The notes under the pieces: model-generated
Databases searched by the model: none
What the model was told of the DNA's origin: nothing
Seen by the model: only the letters and a program-made list of their open reading frames with translations
Assembly: GCA_003194445.1 (NCBI GenBank)
Contig: PQXF01000002.1
Coordinates: 148,116 to 212,115 of the forward strand
Reading direction: 5' to 3'
From: Candidatus Methanogaster sp.
GTDB lineage: Archaea > Halobacteriota > Methanosarcinia > Methanosarcinales > Methanogasteraceae
DNA length: 64,000 nt
Position numbers and translations under genes: made by a program
In this document: piece by piece, positions 20,374 to 30,226 of the stretch
How the letters are laid out: each line of letters opens with the position of its first letter
Position numbering within the stretch: the first letter of the stretch is position 1

Positions 20374-20944
20374 TAGGGCTTGATTGACACCGTACCACCC
20401 CCACCCGCCGCAGGATCAGACCCCTGGATTTGAACAAAACCCCGAATCTCTCCGTGATTGAAGGACTACCTGACAGGCAGGTGTTACCGACACCTGAGCA
20501 ACAGGCTATCGCCCCCCATCGCCTACAGTGCGACCTCTGAACCATCATCCAGACCGTACATCTTTGCAATTTGCGCAGGTAGGGTGATGCATAAACTTAA
20601 TTTGCTGCACCGCCTCACCTTGATTTTAATGCTCATGGTGTGGTGATATCACCTTTGCCGGCATAAACATATCGGCATAGGTGTATCCCACATTCCACAG
20701 GTCGCCATTTATTTTCCATAATTTCTACTGATAGAGGTTTTAAATATCTAAAAATTATTATTTTTATACTGTGGTGGCACAACCTACCCAATTTCAACAG
20801 CGGATGCTTTACATGCTTATGTAAAAAATATGTATTTCAATAAATAGATTATCTTTAAAAACAAAAAATCACAAGCGATATCCACTATTCACCATTTACA
20901 AAAAAAAACAGATCTTTTTGCAAAAACACGTGCGGAATGTCAGG

Positions 20945-21013
20945 TGCATCATCAAGGTCTTGCTCTGCCTGACGAAGCCATCTTCATCCTTCATCCATCG
21001 CATCAGGGTTCAT
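20945..21013 (-). pseudogene. N-terminal stub of a HEPN toxin
   Basis: Near-identical to 26077-26145, then cut at ...gtgcggaatgtcagg (possible IS end). Confidence 0.8.
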
Positions 21014-21350
21014 ACAGTATTTTCCCCTCCTTTACAGCATTCATAACAGAAACATTCGTATTTTTCATCGCTTCAAATTCCTCTGGCGTATATACGAGAA
21101 TATCCAGAGCGACATTCGGAACCAATGTTGAATAAATCTCATCCAACCGATCGAGAAACTTTTTTTTCGTCCCTTTCACGATGATCATACCTATATCACT
21201 TGTTGCGCTTATATCACCTCTTGCCAATGAGCCAAATAACATGATAAACTTGATCTCTTTGTCTTTTTTTAGTGCGTTAATTATCCTACCGAGTTCACGC
21301 ACGAGTTCCTTTTTCCTCGCTTCTTTTTTCGATCGATTATTTCTTTCCAA
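21003..21350 (-). CDS. Minimal nucleotidyltransferase (MNT) antitoxin, copy 2
   Basis: LFGSLARGD...SDIG: second catalytic Asp is Gly, versus SDID in 26135-26482. Confidence 0.85.
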   Translation of the reverse strand: MERNNRSKKEARKKELVRELGRIINALKKDKEIKFIMLFGSLARGDISATSDIGMIIVKGTKKKFLDRLDEIYSTLVPNVALDILVYTPEEFEAMKNTNVSVMNAVKEGKILYEP

Positions 21351-21413
21351 ACAACATCACCTCCCATCGACGGGATTTTTCATGCTTTTTGATCTTTTCC
21401 GCCATCGCACCCA

Positions 21414-22448
21414 TTACACACAGACCGGACTCTCCCGCAGCCAGTCGATGTCTGACCGGTACAGCTTCCGAGAGATCCCTTAGCCCCAGCCGCAGCATCG
21501 CAACCCTGCTGACGCCAAGTCCCCGTGCAAGCACAGGACACTCGATGCCGAGTGGTGCTGTCACCTCCTCCCGGAATATCCCTGCTCCGCCAAGTTCGAC
21601 CCATCCGAGACCCTCGACATAGACCTCCGGTTCAACAGACGGCTCAGTGTAGGGGAAGTACCCTGGTCTGAATCGCACATCCTTAAATCCGATATAATGA
21701 CACAACTCGACAAGATACCCGGGGAAGATTGGCAAACGAGACTCCAGGGTCCATCACCGCGCCTTCGAGCTGCTCAAACTCGAGGTGTATGCGTCGGATC
21801 GATCGCCTAGCGCCGGTAGACCCGGTCGATGCAGAACGCCTTTCTCGGAGGATCGGGGTTGTCTGCAAGATGTTTGATCGTGATCGCGGTCGTTTGGGTA
21901 CGCAAGACCTCTTTTCGGGTTAACTCCTTATGGCTCCATCTCCCGCCCCAGCCTGTTGATCCGGTATCTCCACCGAACTCGTGGACGTCTCTTACGTCCC
22001 CATAATATGTAGGGATATCCGCAATCAGAATCGAGATAGAACGTGTCCTGCATCTCCCTGGCAGGATGGTCCTGCGGCTGGAAGAGCGCATCGAAGTTCC
22101 GGAAGGAACTCTGCACGATATCACCCTTGATCTCGGTAAATCCCATATCGAGCAGTATCCTGCGCATCCGGTAGATCAGACGCTGGTACGGGTGAATCTT
22201 CGCGCAAGACGCCAGCGGCACCGGTGCATGGATATCATAAGCACGGATCTTCTCCCATCTGCGGCTGCGTATGGCGTCAGACGTTAGTTGCACGATCTCA
22301 TCGATATCTGACTGGTCCGCAATCGCACCCGCGAGTTTTGTACCTTCTTCTGTTATTGCAATTGTTCTCTCCTTTCTCTCTGCCCCGTCCTCCAGTTTTC
22401 GCTTGATGAGGTCTTTTAATACCTTCTTCTGTGCATCTTCTGCTAGAA
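21414..22448 (-). pseudogene. pheS: pheS 3' fragment, copy 3
   Basis: Near-identical to copy 2 at offset 3241 bp, but its 3' end (RESPVCV* + MNT) matches intact pheS. Confidence 0.95.
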
Positions 22449-22676
22449 TGGGGACTGGATTGTGAGAAAAATTAGAAAGCGGAAGAAGTATATAAAGTCA
22501 AAGCATTTGGGACTGCACGGTCAAATCCGGTGGGTGGTGATAGGCACGGTGTGAATGACATGGGGATATGACGTATCTCACTCACATGCATGAACGTATT
22601 TCATTGTGCGAGACCATAAGAAAAACATTCAAGAGTCCGGACGGGTTTCAAACAGACAATGTTTAAATGTAAGGAT
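22449..22676. repeat. Linker repeat B/C with TATA elements
   Basis: 22449-22556 matches 24565-24670; 22524-22676 matches 25527-25686; core also at ~17085-17122. Confidence 0.85.
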
Positions 22677-22693
22677 GCCGTAATTTATACTAT

Positions 22694-23014
22694 ATGGCAT
22701 CCATCGTCTTACCTGAAACCATCGAAAATGAAATTAATGCTCTGGTACGGGGTGGCTATTTCAGAAGCAGAGGCAGTTTCATCGAAGATGCAGTCAAATA
22801 CACGCTGATCAGCCGACAGGATTTGAGGGTCAATGCTGCCATCGAAATGTACCGAAGCGGCAGGGTCAGTTTGGGAAGAGCGACCGAACTGGCAGGCATG
22901 TCAATTTTTGAGTTCAAAGAGATTTTAAAAGAGAGAGGACTAAAAATGAGTGTCGAGGCACCCACTAAAGAAGAGATGGACAGGCAGATAGAAAGATTAG
23001 AAGAATATCGATGA
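22694..23014 (+). CDS. UPF0175-family antitoxin (RHH + HTH)
   Basis: AIEMYRSGRVSLGRATELAGMSIFEF motif. Confidence 0.85.
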   Translation: MASIVLPETIENEINALVRGGYFRSRGSFIEDAVKYTLISRQDLRVNAAIEMYRSGRVSLGRATELAGMSIFEFKEILKERGLKMSVEAPTKEEMDRQIERLEEYR

Positions 23015-23520
23015 TACACATTGTTTTCGATACCGATATATTATCGACATTCGCCAAAGCAGATGCAATTCGATATCTCGAGAGGCTATTCTATGAAGAT
23101 AAGTTGCTGATCACCCCTGCCGTTTATTCGGAGTTGAAGGTACCAAAGGAGTATGGGTATAATTTTCCCGATCTGGTATTCAATTCGGATCGCTTTCAAC
23201 TGGCTCGGTTGACCGATACTGAGGTTGGCGAGTTTAAATCAAACTTAATGCATTTAAGGACGTTACACAGTGGAGAGATTGAAGCAATTACGATTGCAAA
23301 GAGAAGGAGTTACGTGTTCAGCTCCAAGGATGCGAAAGCACTTGAGTATGCAGTATCCCGAGAAGTGGAGGTATTGCATTTACATACCATCCTGAGGGCA
23401 CTGTGGCGATTTGGTGTGCTTACAAAAAAGGAGGTTAAAGAACTTGTGAATGTTATGGAGCAGGAGGACAATATGGTGATCAAGAACAAGGACATGATTT
23501 TTGAGCCTGAAGGTGAGTAG
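23011..23520 (+). CDS. PIN-domain toxin (DUF3368-like)
   Basis: IVFDTDIL...ITPAVYSEL...LHSGEIEAI; ATGA overlap with the antitoxin. Confidence 0.82.
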   Translation: MIHIVFDTDILSTFAKADAIRYLERLFYEDKLLITPAVYSELKVPKEYGYNFPDLVFNSDRFQLARLTDTEVGEFKSNLMHLRTLHSGEIEAITIAKRRSYVFSSKDAKALEYAVSREVEVLHLHTILRALWRFGVLTKKEVKELVNVMEQEDNMVIKNKDMIFEPEGE

Positions 23521-23532
23521 ATTTTTCATCCC

Positions 23533-24564
23533 ATACCTCCACAGGACTCTCCCACAACCAGTCGATGTCTGACCGGTACAGCTTCCGAGAGATCCCTTAG
23601 CCCCAGCCGCAGCATCGCAACCCTGCTGACGCCAAGCCCCCATGCAAGCACAGGATACTCGATGCCAAGCGGTGCGGTCACCTCCTCTCGAAATATCCCG
23701 GCACCGCCAAGTTCGATCCATTCGATGCCATCGACATAGACCTCCGGTTCAACAGACGGCTCAGTGTAGGGGAAGTACCCTGGTCCGAACCGCACATCCT
23801 TAAAGCCGATATGGTGGTAGAACTCGACAAGATACCCCCGGGGAAGGTTGGCAAACGAGACTCCCGGGTCCATCACCACGCCTTCGAGCTGCTCAAACTC
23901 GAGCTGTATGCGTCGGATCGATCGCCTCACGCCGGTAGACCCGGTCGATGCAGAACGCTTTTCTCGGAGGATCCGGGTTGTCTGCAAGATGTTTGATCGT
24001 GATCGCGGTTGTGTGAGTGCGCAAGACCTCTTTTCGGGATAATTCCTTACTCCGGATGCCACCCCAGCCAGTTGAGCCGGTATCGCCGCCGAACTCGTGG
24101 ACGTCTCTTACTTTCCCGTAATATGTAGGGATATCCGCAATCAGAATCGAGATAGAACGTGTCCTGCATCTCCTTGGCAGGATGGTCCTGCGGCTGGAAG
24201 AGCGCATCGAAGTTCCGGAAGGAACTCTGCACGATATCACCCCTGATCTCGGTAAATCCCATATCAAGCAGTATCCTGCGCATCCGGTCGATCAGATGCT
24301 GGTATGGGTGAATCTTCGCGCAAGACGCCAGCGGCACCGGTGCATGGATATTGTAAGCACGGATCTTCTCCCATCTGCGGCTGCGTATGACGTCAGACGT
24401 TAGTTGCACGATCTCATCGATATCTGACTGGTCCGCAATCGCACCCGCGAGTTTTGTGCCTTCTTCTGTTATTGCAATTGTTCTCTCCTTTCTCTCTGCC
24501 CCGTCCTCCAGTTTTCGCTTGATGAGGTCTTTTAATGCCTTCTTCTGTGCATTTTCTGCCAGAA
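23533..24564 (-). pseudogene. pheS: pheS 3' fragment, copy 4
   Basis: Matches 26546-27573; shares frameshifts with copies 2 and 3. Confidence 0.95.
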
Positions 24565-24768
24565 TGGGGACTGGATTGTGAGAAAATTTAGAAAGTGGAA
24601 GAAGTATATAAAGTCAAAACATTTGGGACTACACGGTCAAATCCAGTGGGTGGTGAGAGGCGCGGTGTGATGCAAGATAACAAAAATGCGAAAAACAGAG
24701 AGATCGATGATAAATCGGATTGCAGTCATGTAGCATCGAGCACGTAGCATCTGCATCGATACCATTAT

Positions 24769-25122
24769 CTATGCATGCTCTGCAGTACCGAAGAATTCAT
24801 TCATATAATCTAAAAGGACATATACATCTATTTCCGGATCGCCATTTAATGACGATGAAATTACTTTACCACCTATAGTGTGAAAATGGTGGGGAAAATT
24901 CTCAAGATGCTTATGGTGCGGTGCATTATCCCATCCAGCGACCCTTCTGTTTTCCTTTATCAACGTATACGCATACTTGCCCAATGTTCTATTATAATAC
25001 ATATCCATGAAACAATTACCTTTCAGAACGATCCTGATCTTTGTTCTCAGGTTCTCAGCGGTTTCTGCAAAATAGCACTCTCTGATGAATGTTTTTGCTG
25101 CGTTAATGAGTTTAATATCCAA
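24769..25122 (-). CDS. DUF6516/TumE-like putative toxin
   Basis: GWDNAPHHKHLENFPHHFH motif. Confidence 0.75.
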   Translation of the reverse strand: MDIKLINAAKTFIRECYFAETAENLRTKIRIVLKGNCFMDMYYNRTLGKYAYTLIKENRRVAGWDNAPHHKHLENFPHHFHTIGGKVISSSLNGDPEIDVYVLLDYMNEFFGTAEHA

Positions 25123-25403
25123 TCAAATACACCTTTGATCCTTTTCAAATTCTCTAATTCCTCGTATGCATTTCTGTATTCGATGGATTTCTCCCAGTTT
25201 GGATGTTCTGGTAACTCTGCATTGGCTATTTTGGATTCAAACTCTGTGAGGTCACCATATTTAGATCTGAATTTTTTTAGTATCTGTTCATAGAACTCCA
25301 TCTCCGCAGCTACTGTTTCATCCATGTTGAGAATAACATCTTTCTCAATAATGTTTGCCGCTCTCATCGTTTTCATGTTCTTTTCCTGTTTGCTAAACCG
25401 CAT
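25047..25403 (-). CDS. Putative antitoxin partner of the DUF6516-like protein (start may be ATG near 25376)
   Basis: Helical acidic protein (FRSKYGDLTEFE...WEKSIEY) overlapping the toxin start. Confidence 0.65.
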   Translation of the reverse strand: MRFSKQEKNMKTMRAANIIEKDVILNMDETVAAEMEFYEQILKKFRSKYGDLTEFESKIANAELPEHPNWEKSIEYRNAYEELENLKRIKGVFDWILNSLTQQKHSSESAILQKPLRT

Positions 25404-25526
25404 TGCCCGGTTGTCTGTGGTGATTGTGACTTTTCAACAGAACCGAAAAAGCTTCATCGCCCTCGTATCCCATTATATGTGGATTACATTTGTAATTGGT
25501 ATTTACCATTTAAATGTTTTGTGGAA
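25385..25526 (-). repeat. Repeat A copy 4 (internally deleted)
   Basis: ggttgtctgtggtgattgtgact...caacagaaccgaaaaagcttcatc...ggattacatttgtaattgg...tttaaatg. Confidence 0.85.
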
Positions 25527-25796
25527 AATCCGGTGGGTGGTGATGGGCGCGGTGTGAATGGCACGGGCGTGAAAGCTGGTGGCATATCTCGCTTGCATGG
25601 CGAACGCGTTTCATTGTGCGAGACCATAAGAAAAACATTTAAAGAGTCCGGACGGGTTTCAAACAGACAATGTTTAAATGTAAGGACTTGAACAGTTTTT
25701 AAATTTCCCCTACAACCTGAAATCGATCTCAACAACCTCTCAGCATCTCCTTAAACCCCATCATTTCAAGTGTTCTCATGGACTTTCCCGTCAAAT

Positions 25797-26145
25797 TCAG
25801 GCATCTCTTTTTTCAAACGCCTCTGCCGGTATTCCACCTGGAAGCCCATTCGGATACCTTGTTGGAATAATCATATTTGTCGAGCGTTGCCGCCTCCCTT
25901 CGTATTCGCTCCAGGTCTTTATCCAATGACACGGCTCTTTTACAAAGCTCTGATGCGGAACGTCCCCAAACCATTTCCTCGCCTCTTGCATACAAAAATT
26001 CCTTCAAAGCCTTCTCTGCCGATTGCTGTGAAAGAAAACAAACCAGATGGTATCTGTTCCCTTCCAGGTTATATCATGCATCATCAAGGTCTTGCTCTGC
26101 CTGACGAAGCCATCTTCGTCCTTCGTCCATCGCATCAGGGTTCAT
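25797..26145 (-). pseudogene. HEPN toxin pseudogene
   Basis: WLRQAEQDLDDA*YNLEG...[13 protein letters not shown]..., frameshift, [10 protein letters not shown]. Confidence 0.85.
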
Positions 26146-26482
26146 ACAGCATTTTCCCCTCCTTTACAGCATTCATAACAGAAACATTCGTATTTTTCAT
26201 CGCTTCGAATTCCTCTGGCGTGTATACGAGAATATCCAGAGCTACATTCGGGATTAAGGTTGAATAAATCTCATCCAACCGATCGAGAAACTTTTTTTTC
26301 GTCCCTTTCACGATGATCACATCTATATCACTTGTTGCGCTTATATCACCTCTCGCCAATGAGCCAAATAACATGATCGACCTGATCTCTTTATCTTTTT
26401 TTAGTACGTTAATTATCCTACCGAGTTCACGCACGAGTTCCTTTTTCCTCGCTTCTTTTCTCGATCGATTATTTCTTTCCAA
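26135..26482 (-). CDS. Minimal nucleotidyltransferase (MNT) antitoxin
   Basis: LFGSLARGD...SDIDVIIV...[10 protein letters not shown]. Confidence 0.9.
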   Translation of the reverse strand: MERNNRSRKEARKKELVRELGRIINVLKKDKEIRSIMLFGSLARGDISATSDIDVIIVKGTKKKFLDRLDEIYSTLIPNVALDILVYTPEEFEAMKNTNVSVMNAVKEGKMLYEP

Positions 26483-26545
26483 ACAACATCACCTCCCATC
26501 GACGAGATTTTTCATGCTTTTTGATCTTTTCCGTCATCGCACCCT

Positions 26546-28015
26546 TTACACACAGACCGGACTCTCCCGCAGCCAGTTGATGTCTGACTGGTACAGCTTC
26601 CGCAGATCCCTTAGCCCCAGCCGCAGCATCGCAACCCTGCTGACGCCAAGCCCCCACGCGAGCACAGGACACTCGATGCCAAGCGGTGCTGTCACCTCCT
26701 CCCGGAATATCCCTGCTCCGCCAAGTTCGACCCATCCGAGACCCTCGACATAGACCTCTGGCTCAACAGACGGCTCAGTGTAGGGGAAGTACCCGGGTCT
26801 GAACCGCACATCCTTAAAGCCGATATGGTGGTAGAACTCGACAAGATACCTGAGAAGGTTGGCAAACGAGACTCCCGGGTCCATCACCACGCCTTCGAGC
26901 TGCTCAAACTCTGGCGTATGCGTCGGATCGATCGCCTCACGCCGGTAGACCCGGTCGATGCAGAACGCTTTTTTCGGAGGATCTGGGTTGTCTGCAAGAT
27001 GTTTGATCGTGATCGCGGTCGTGTGAGTACGCAAGACCTCTTTTTGGGATAACTCCTTACTCCAGATGCCACCCCAGCCAGTTGAGCCGGTATCGCCGCC
27101 GAACTCGTGGACGTCTCTTACTTTCCCGTAATATGTAGGGATATCCGCATCAGAATCGAGGTAGAACGTGTCCTGCATCTCCCTGGCAGGATGGTCTTGC
27201 GGCTGGAAGAGCGCATCGAAGTTCCAGAAGGAACTCTGCACGATATCGCCTTTGATCTCGGTAAATCCCATATCAAGCAGTATCCTACGCATCCGGTCGA
27301 TCAGATGCTGGTATGGGTGAATCTTCGCGCAAGACGCCCGCGGCACCGGTGCATGGATATCATAAGCACGGATGTTCTCCCATCTGCGGCTGCGTATGAC
27401 ATCAGACGTCAGTTGCACGATCTCATCGATATCTGACTGGTCTGCGATCGCACCCGCGAGTTTTGTACCTCCTTCGGTTATCACAATCGTCCTCTCTTTT
27501 CTCTCTGCCACATCCACCAGTTTTCGCTTGATGAGGTCTTTTAATGCCTTCTTCTGCGCATCATCTGTCAGAACCTCCTCTTCAAGCAGTATCGCCAGCA
27601 CTTCTTCATCTGCACCCCTCTCTGGTGCCGCATCGCTGGCAGGCACGACCGCACCGTCTACGATCGCTGCCCACTTCTTCCGCCGCAGCCAGCCCATTGA
27701 TATCCCGACCATTGCAGGCGGGAATTTATCTTTCAGGTCCGGAATCGTGACCTTTTCGCTGCACGACTGCAGGTATGAGAGTGTCTGGCGTTCAGGAAGT
27801 CCGCTTCCCGCGTATTCATATCCCTCTTTTGTGAGCGTGTGAATCTCTGTTACCGATTCGTGGATCTCGGCAAGTCCCTTTTCTTCCAGAAGGAAAGCAG
27901 ATTGCATCAAAGCATCCGGATTCAGGTCTGATTCCATCGCAAGTTCAGCTGGCGTCGATCTCTTCAGGTCGTGAAGTGCTGAAAGCACGCGTCTTTCATT
28001 TGGTGTGAGTTGCAT
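26546..28015 (-). CDS. pheS: Phenylalanyl-tRNA synthetase alpha subunit (intact)
   Basis: [30 protein letters not shown] and GAGIFR motifs; 489 aa archaeal length. Confidence 0.97.
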   Translation of the reverse strand: MQLTPNERRVLSALHDLKRSTPAELAMESDLNPDALMQSAFLLEEKGLAEIHESVTEIHTLTKEGYEYAGSGLPERQTLSYLQSCSEKVTIPDLKDKFPPAMVGISMGWLRRKKWAAIVDGAVVPASDAAPERGADEEVLAILLEEEVLTDDAQKKALKDLIKRKLVDVAERKERTIVITEGGTKLAGAIADQSDIDEIVQLTSDVIRSRRWENIRAYDIHAPVPRASCAKIHPYQHLIDRMRRILLDMGFTEIKGDIVQSSFWNFDALFQPQDHPAREMQDTFYLDSDADIPTYYGKVRDVHEFGGDTGSTGWGGIWSKELSQKEVLRTHTTAITIKHLADNPDPPKKAFCIDRVYRREAIDPTHTPEFEQLEGVVMDPGVSFANLLRYLVEFYHHIGFKDVRFRPGYFPYTEPSVEPEVYVEGLGWVELGGAGIFREEVTAPLGIECPVLAWGLGVSRVAMLRLGLRDLRKLYQSDINWLRESPVCV

Positions 28016-28565
28016 GGCGTAATCTTTGTTACTGTTTGCAATATGTATTTCGGACGCCTCAGTCGAGTCTTTTTAATTTCGTCGGGTCGGTTGGAAAACA
28101 TGATGCCAATCCTGCAAACATTGGTATGAAGCGTTTCCGTACCAGAAACCGTGATTGAAGCAATCTCGAATATCTGATATTCCGGGACACAGCGGCATAC
28201 TATATGGTGATGCCAGTTCCCATTTCATGTCCATGCGGAGCTGCTTCGCACAAGAGAGTATCATTTCTCCTATAGAGAATGGTTCTTCTCCACATAAAGA
28301 CGATGCAAGTAGCATTACAGTATCATTCAACAATACCTTCGCCACATTATTCGTCAGTATAACCCGGCTTTTAGCGTTCAGGACCTTAACGCACACTTTG
28401 TAAATAGCAGATATGTTCGCGAAACATTAAAATTACTACCGCAAAAAACCAGACCTGATTCTAATTCAAGAAAGGGGTTGCGGATAACGAAAATCGGCAG
28501 TATTAATGTTGGTTGATGGCGAGGGTATTGATGACACCAACATATTTCCATTGGCAAGGAAACTA

Positions 28566-28825
28566 GTACGTCACGGCGCAAATTTACCCACCATTAAGCA
28601 GCCAAAACTTTGCTTCTATAAGTCCATTTGAAAGGCTTAGCCATCGTGCGGTTAAAGTAGTCGATAAACTCCAGTAGATGAGTTTTGAGGTCTTCTTTGC
28701 TCGTGAAGCTCGCTCTTTTGAGCAATTTTTTGACCAAGATACTGAACTATATTTCAACCTGGTTCATTATAGATTATAACAACGGAACACTATTAAATGG
28801 TATGTAAATTTACGCCCACATGTAC
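28566..28825 (-). mobile_element. Internally deleted IS630-family element
   Basis: Imperfect TIRs gtacgtcacggcgcaaatttac / gtaaatttacgcccacatgtac, TA on both sides; encodes NQVEI*FSIL...YFNRTMAKPFKWTY. Confidence 0.8.
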
Positions 28826-29038
28826 TAGCGGTTCGATACAGCAAGGAAAAAGTACCTTTCCTTCCTGTTTATCCCGAGATGATACGTAGGGAGTAAATCT
28901 TACTCAAAGCTCGCGGAACGGTAAGAACGAGATCATTAATATAGTCCACTCCTTCACAGAGTGATAAAAACGTTTCTTAGAATGTCAAGATAGCGGCTTC
29001 AATGATCCGGGCATCATGAGTTACATAGACTATATCAA

Positions 29039-30226
29039 TCAAACAAACTCTCCCAGCCTACGTATCGCCAGATACCTCTCCTCCCTCCCGATCTCCGCAC
29101 CCTCGATCGCACCCCGTAGCACCTCGATCGTCTGATCGTACGTGCCCCGATCCACCGGATACGGATACCCGTCCTTGCCGCCGTGTGCAAATGAGTATGT
29201 CGCGGGATCATGCCGGCTCGGTTCTGTTCCGAAGACGAGGTCAGAGACAAGCGCAAGCGCCCGAATCTTCGCAGGCCCCATTCCCACAAGCGAGACGAGT
29301 TCCTCGTAGCTCTCCGGCTGGAGTTCATACGCGTTCCGAAGAACCTTCCACCCGCCTTTTCCGAGATCGCAGCCAAGAACCGGATGATGCGCTGGCATCG
29401 TGAGCGACGGGGCGGGCGGTGGGGTGGATGGCATGGCAGGTGGTGTGGTAGACGGCATGGCAGGTGGTGTGGTGGGCGACAGAGCATCAAAATCAAACAG
29501 CGTCGTCTGACTTGCGTCCGACCTGAAATACCGCATCAGGTGATCGGGATCATCCTTCACGAGATCAAGACTCGTCTTCCGCGTCTCTTCGCTCACCCTT
29601 GCTGCCATGTCAAGCACCTCACCCTCTGCGCCCACCCGGTCGCAGCAGATCCCGAGGTGCGGCTCGCAGACGAACCGCTCTACATCCGACGACAACCAGT
29701 GATACCGCCGGGCGTAGCGATCCTCGTTGTTCATGCCCTGCTGCACGCAAGCCCAGCCGCCAGTCTCAGTGAAGATGAAGCAGTGGTGGTACAACTGGTA
29801 TCCGTCCTGCACGCACGTATTATCGACCTTTGCAGACATCTTGCTCGAATATACCAGATCAGCTACTGCGTCATCCGAAAGTGAGAACGCATCCGACTCA
29901 GATATCGCCCTGATCTCGTCCGGCGTCTTTCGTGACGCCCTCCCCTTTCCACCAACAATGGCGATCCCCATCTCATCAGGATCGATCGCCACTTTTAGCG
30001 CGCCGCAGGTCGTGGTCGTCGTGCCTGACGAGTGCCAGTCGAATCCGAGTACGCACGAGAACGCCTGGAACCAGTACGGGTCTGCGATCCTCTGCAGGAA
30101 CTCGTCAGCCCCGTACTCGTAGATGATTATCTTTGTGATCTCACGCGATAGCCCAACCATCCTCTCAAATAGCCATCTCGGAGCACGCCCGTAGTGCAGC
30201 GGAAGATTTACTGTGCCGGTTTTCAT
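29039..30226 (-). CDS. DUF763-family protein
   Basis: LPLHYGRAP, DWHSSGTTTT and SFAHGGKDGYPYPV motifs. Confidence 0.88.
   Translation of the reverse strand: MKTGTVNLPLHYGRAPRWLFERMVGLSREITKIIIYEYGADEFLQRIADPYWFQAFSCVLGFDWHSSGTTTTTCGALKVAIDPDEMGIAIVGGKGRASRKTPDEIRAISESDAFSLSDDAVADLVYSSKMSAKVDNTCVQDGYQLYHHCFIFTETGGWACVQQGMNNEDRYARRYHWLSSDVERFVCEPHLGICCDRVGAEGEVLDMAARVSEETRKTSLDLVKDDPDHLMRYFRSDASQTTLFDFDALSPTTPPAMPSTTPPAMPSTPPPAPSLTMPAHHPVLGCDLGKGGWKVLRNAYELQPESYEELVSLVGMGPAKIRALALVSDLVFGTEPSRHDPATYSFAHGGKDGYPYPVDRGTYDQTIEVLRGAIEGAEIGREERYLAIRRLGEFV

Noticed and set aside
20700-20944. AT-rich stretch ending gtgcggaatgtcagg as a defined IS or MITE
   Set aside because: It resembles an IS end and truncates HEPN, but I could not identify a partner TIR or TSD
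18350-22400. Pure assembly artefact for near-identical psi-pheS copies 2 and 3
   Set aside because: The copies differ at both ends and share lesions absent from intact pheS; an artefact is unlikely but not excluded without reads
18258-24409. psi-pheS sub-ORFs as functional split or frameshift-recoded proteins
   Set aside because: Several independent frameshifts, a W>R change in the conserved FWNFD motif and no N-terminus
26070-26080. In-frame TGA in HEPN, and TAG in the IS630 remnant, as Sec or Pyl recoding
   Set aside because: The HEPN gene has an additional frameshift and the IS630 remnant a large deletion; ordinary decay explains both
14958-27573. CRISPR array, classical integron, or DGR as the explanation of the repeats
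   Set aside because: Repeats are 0.15-1 kb with irregular spacing; there is no cas, tyrosine integrase or reverse transcriptase gene; differences are not adenine-specific
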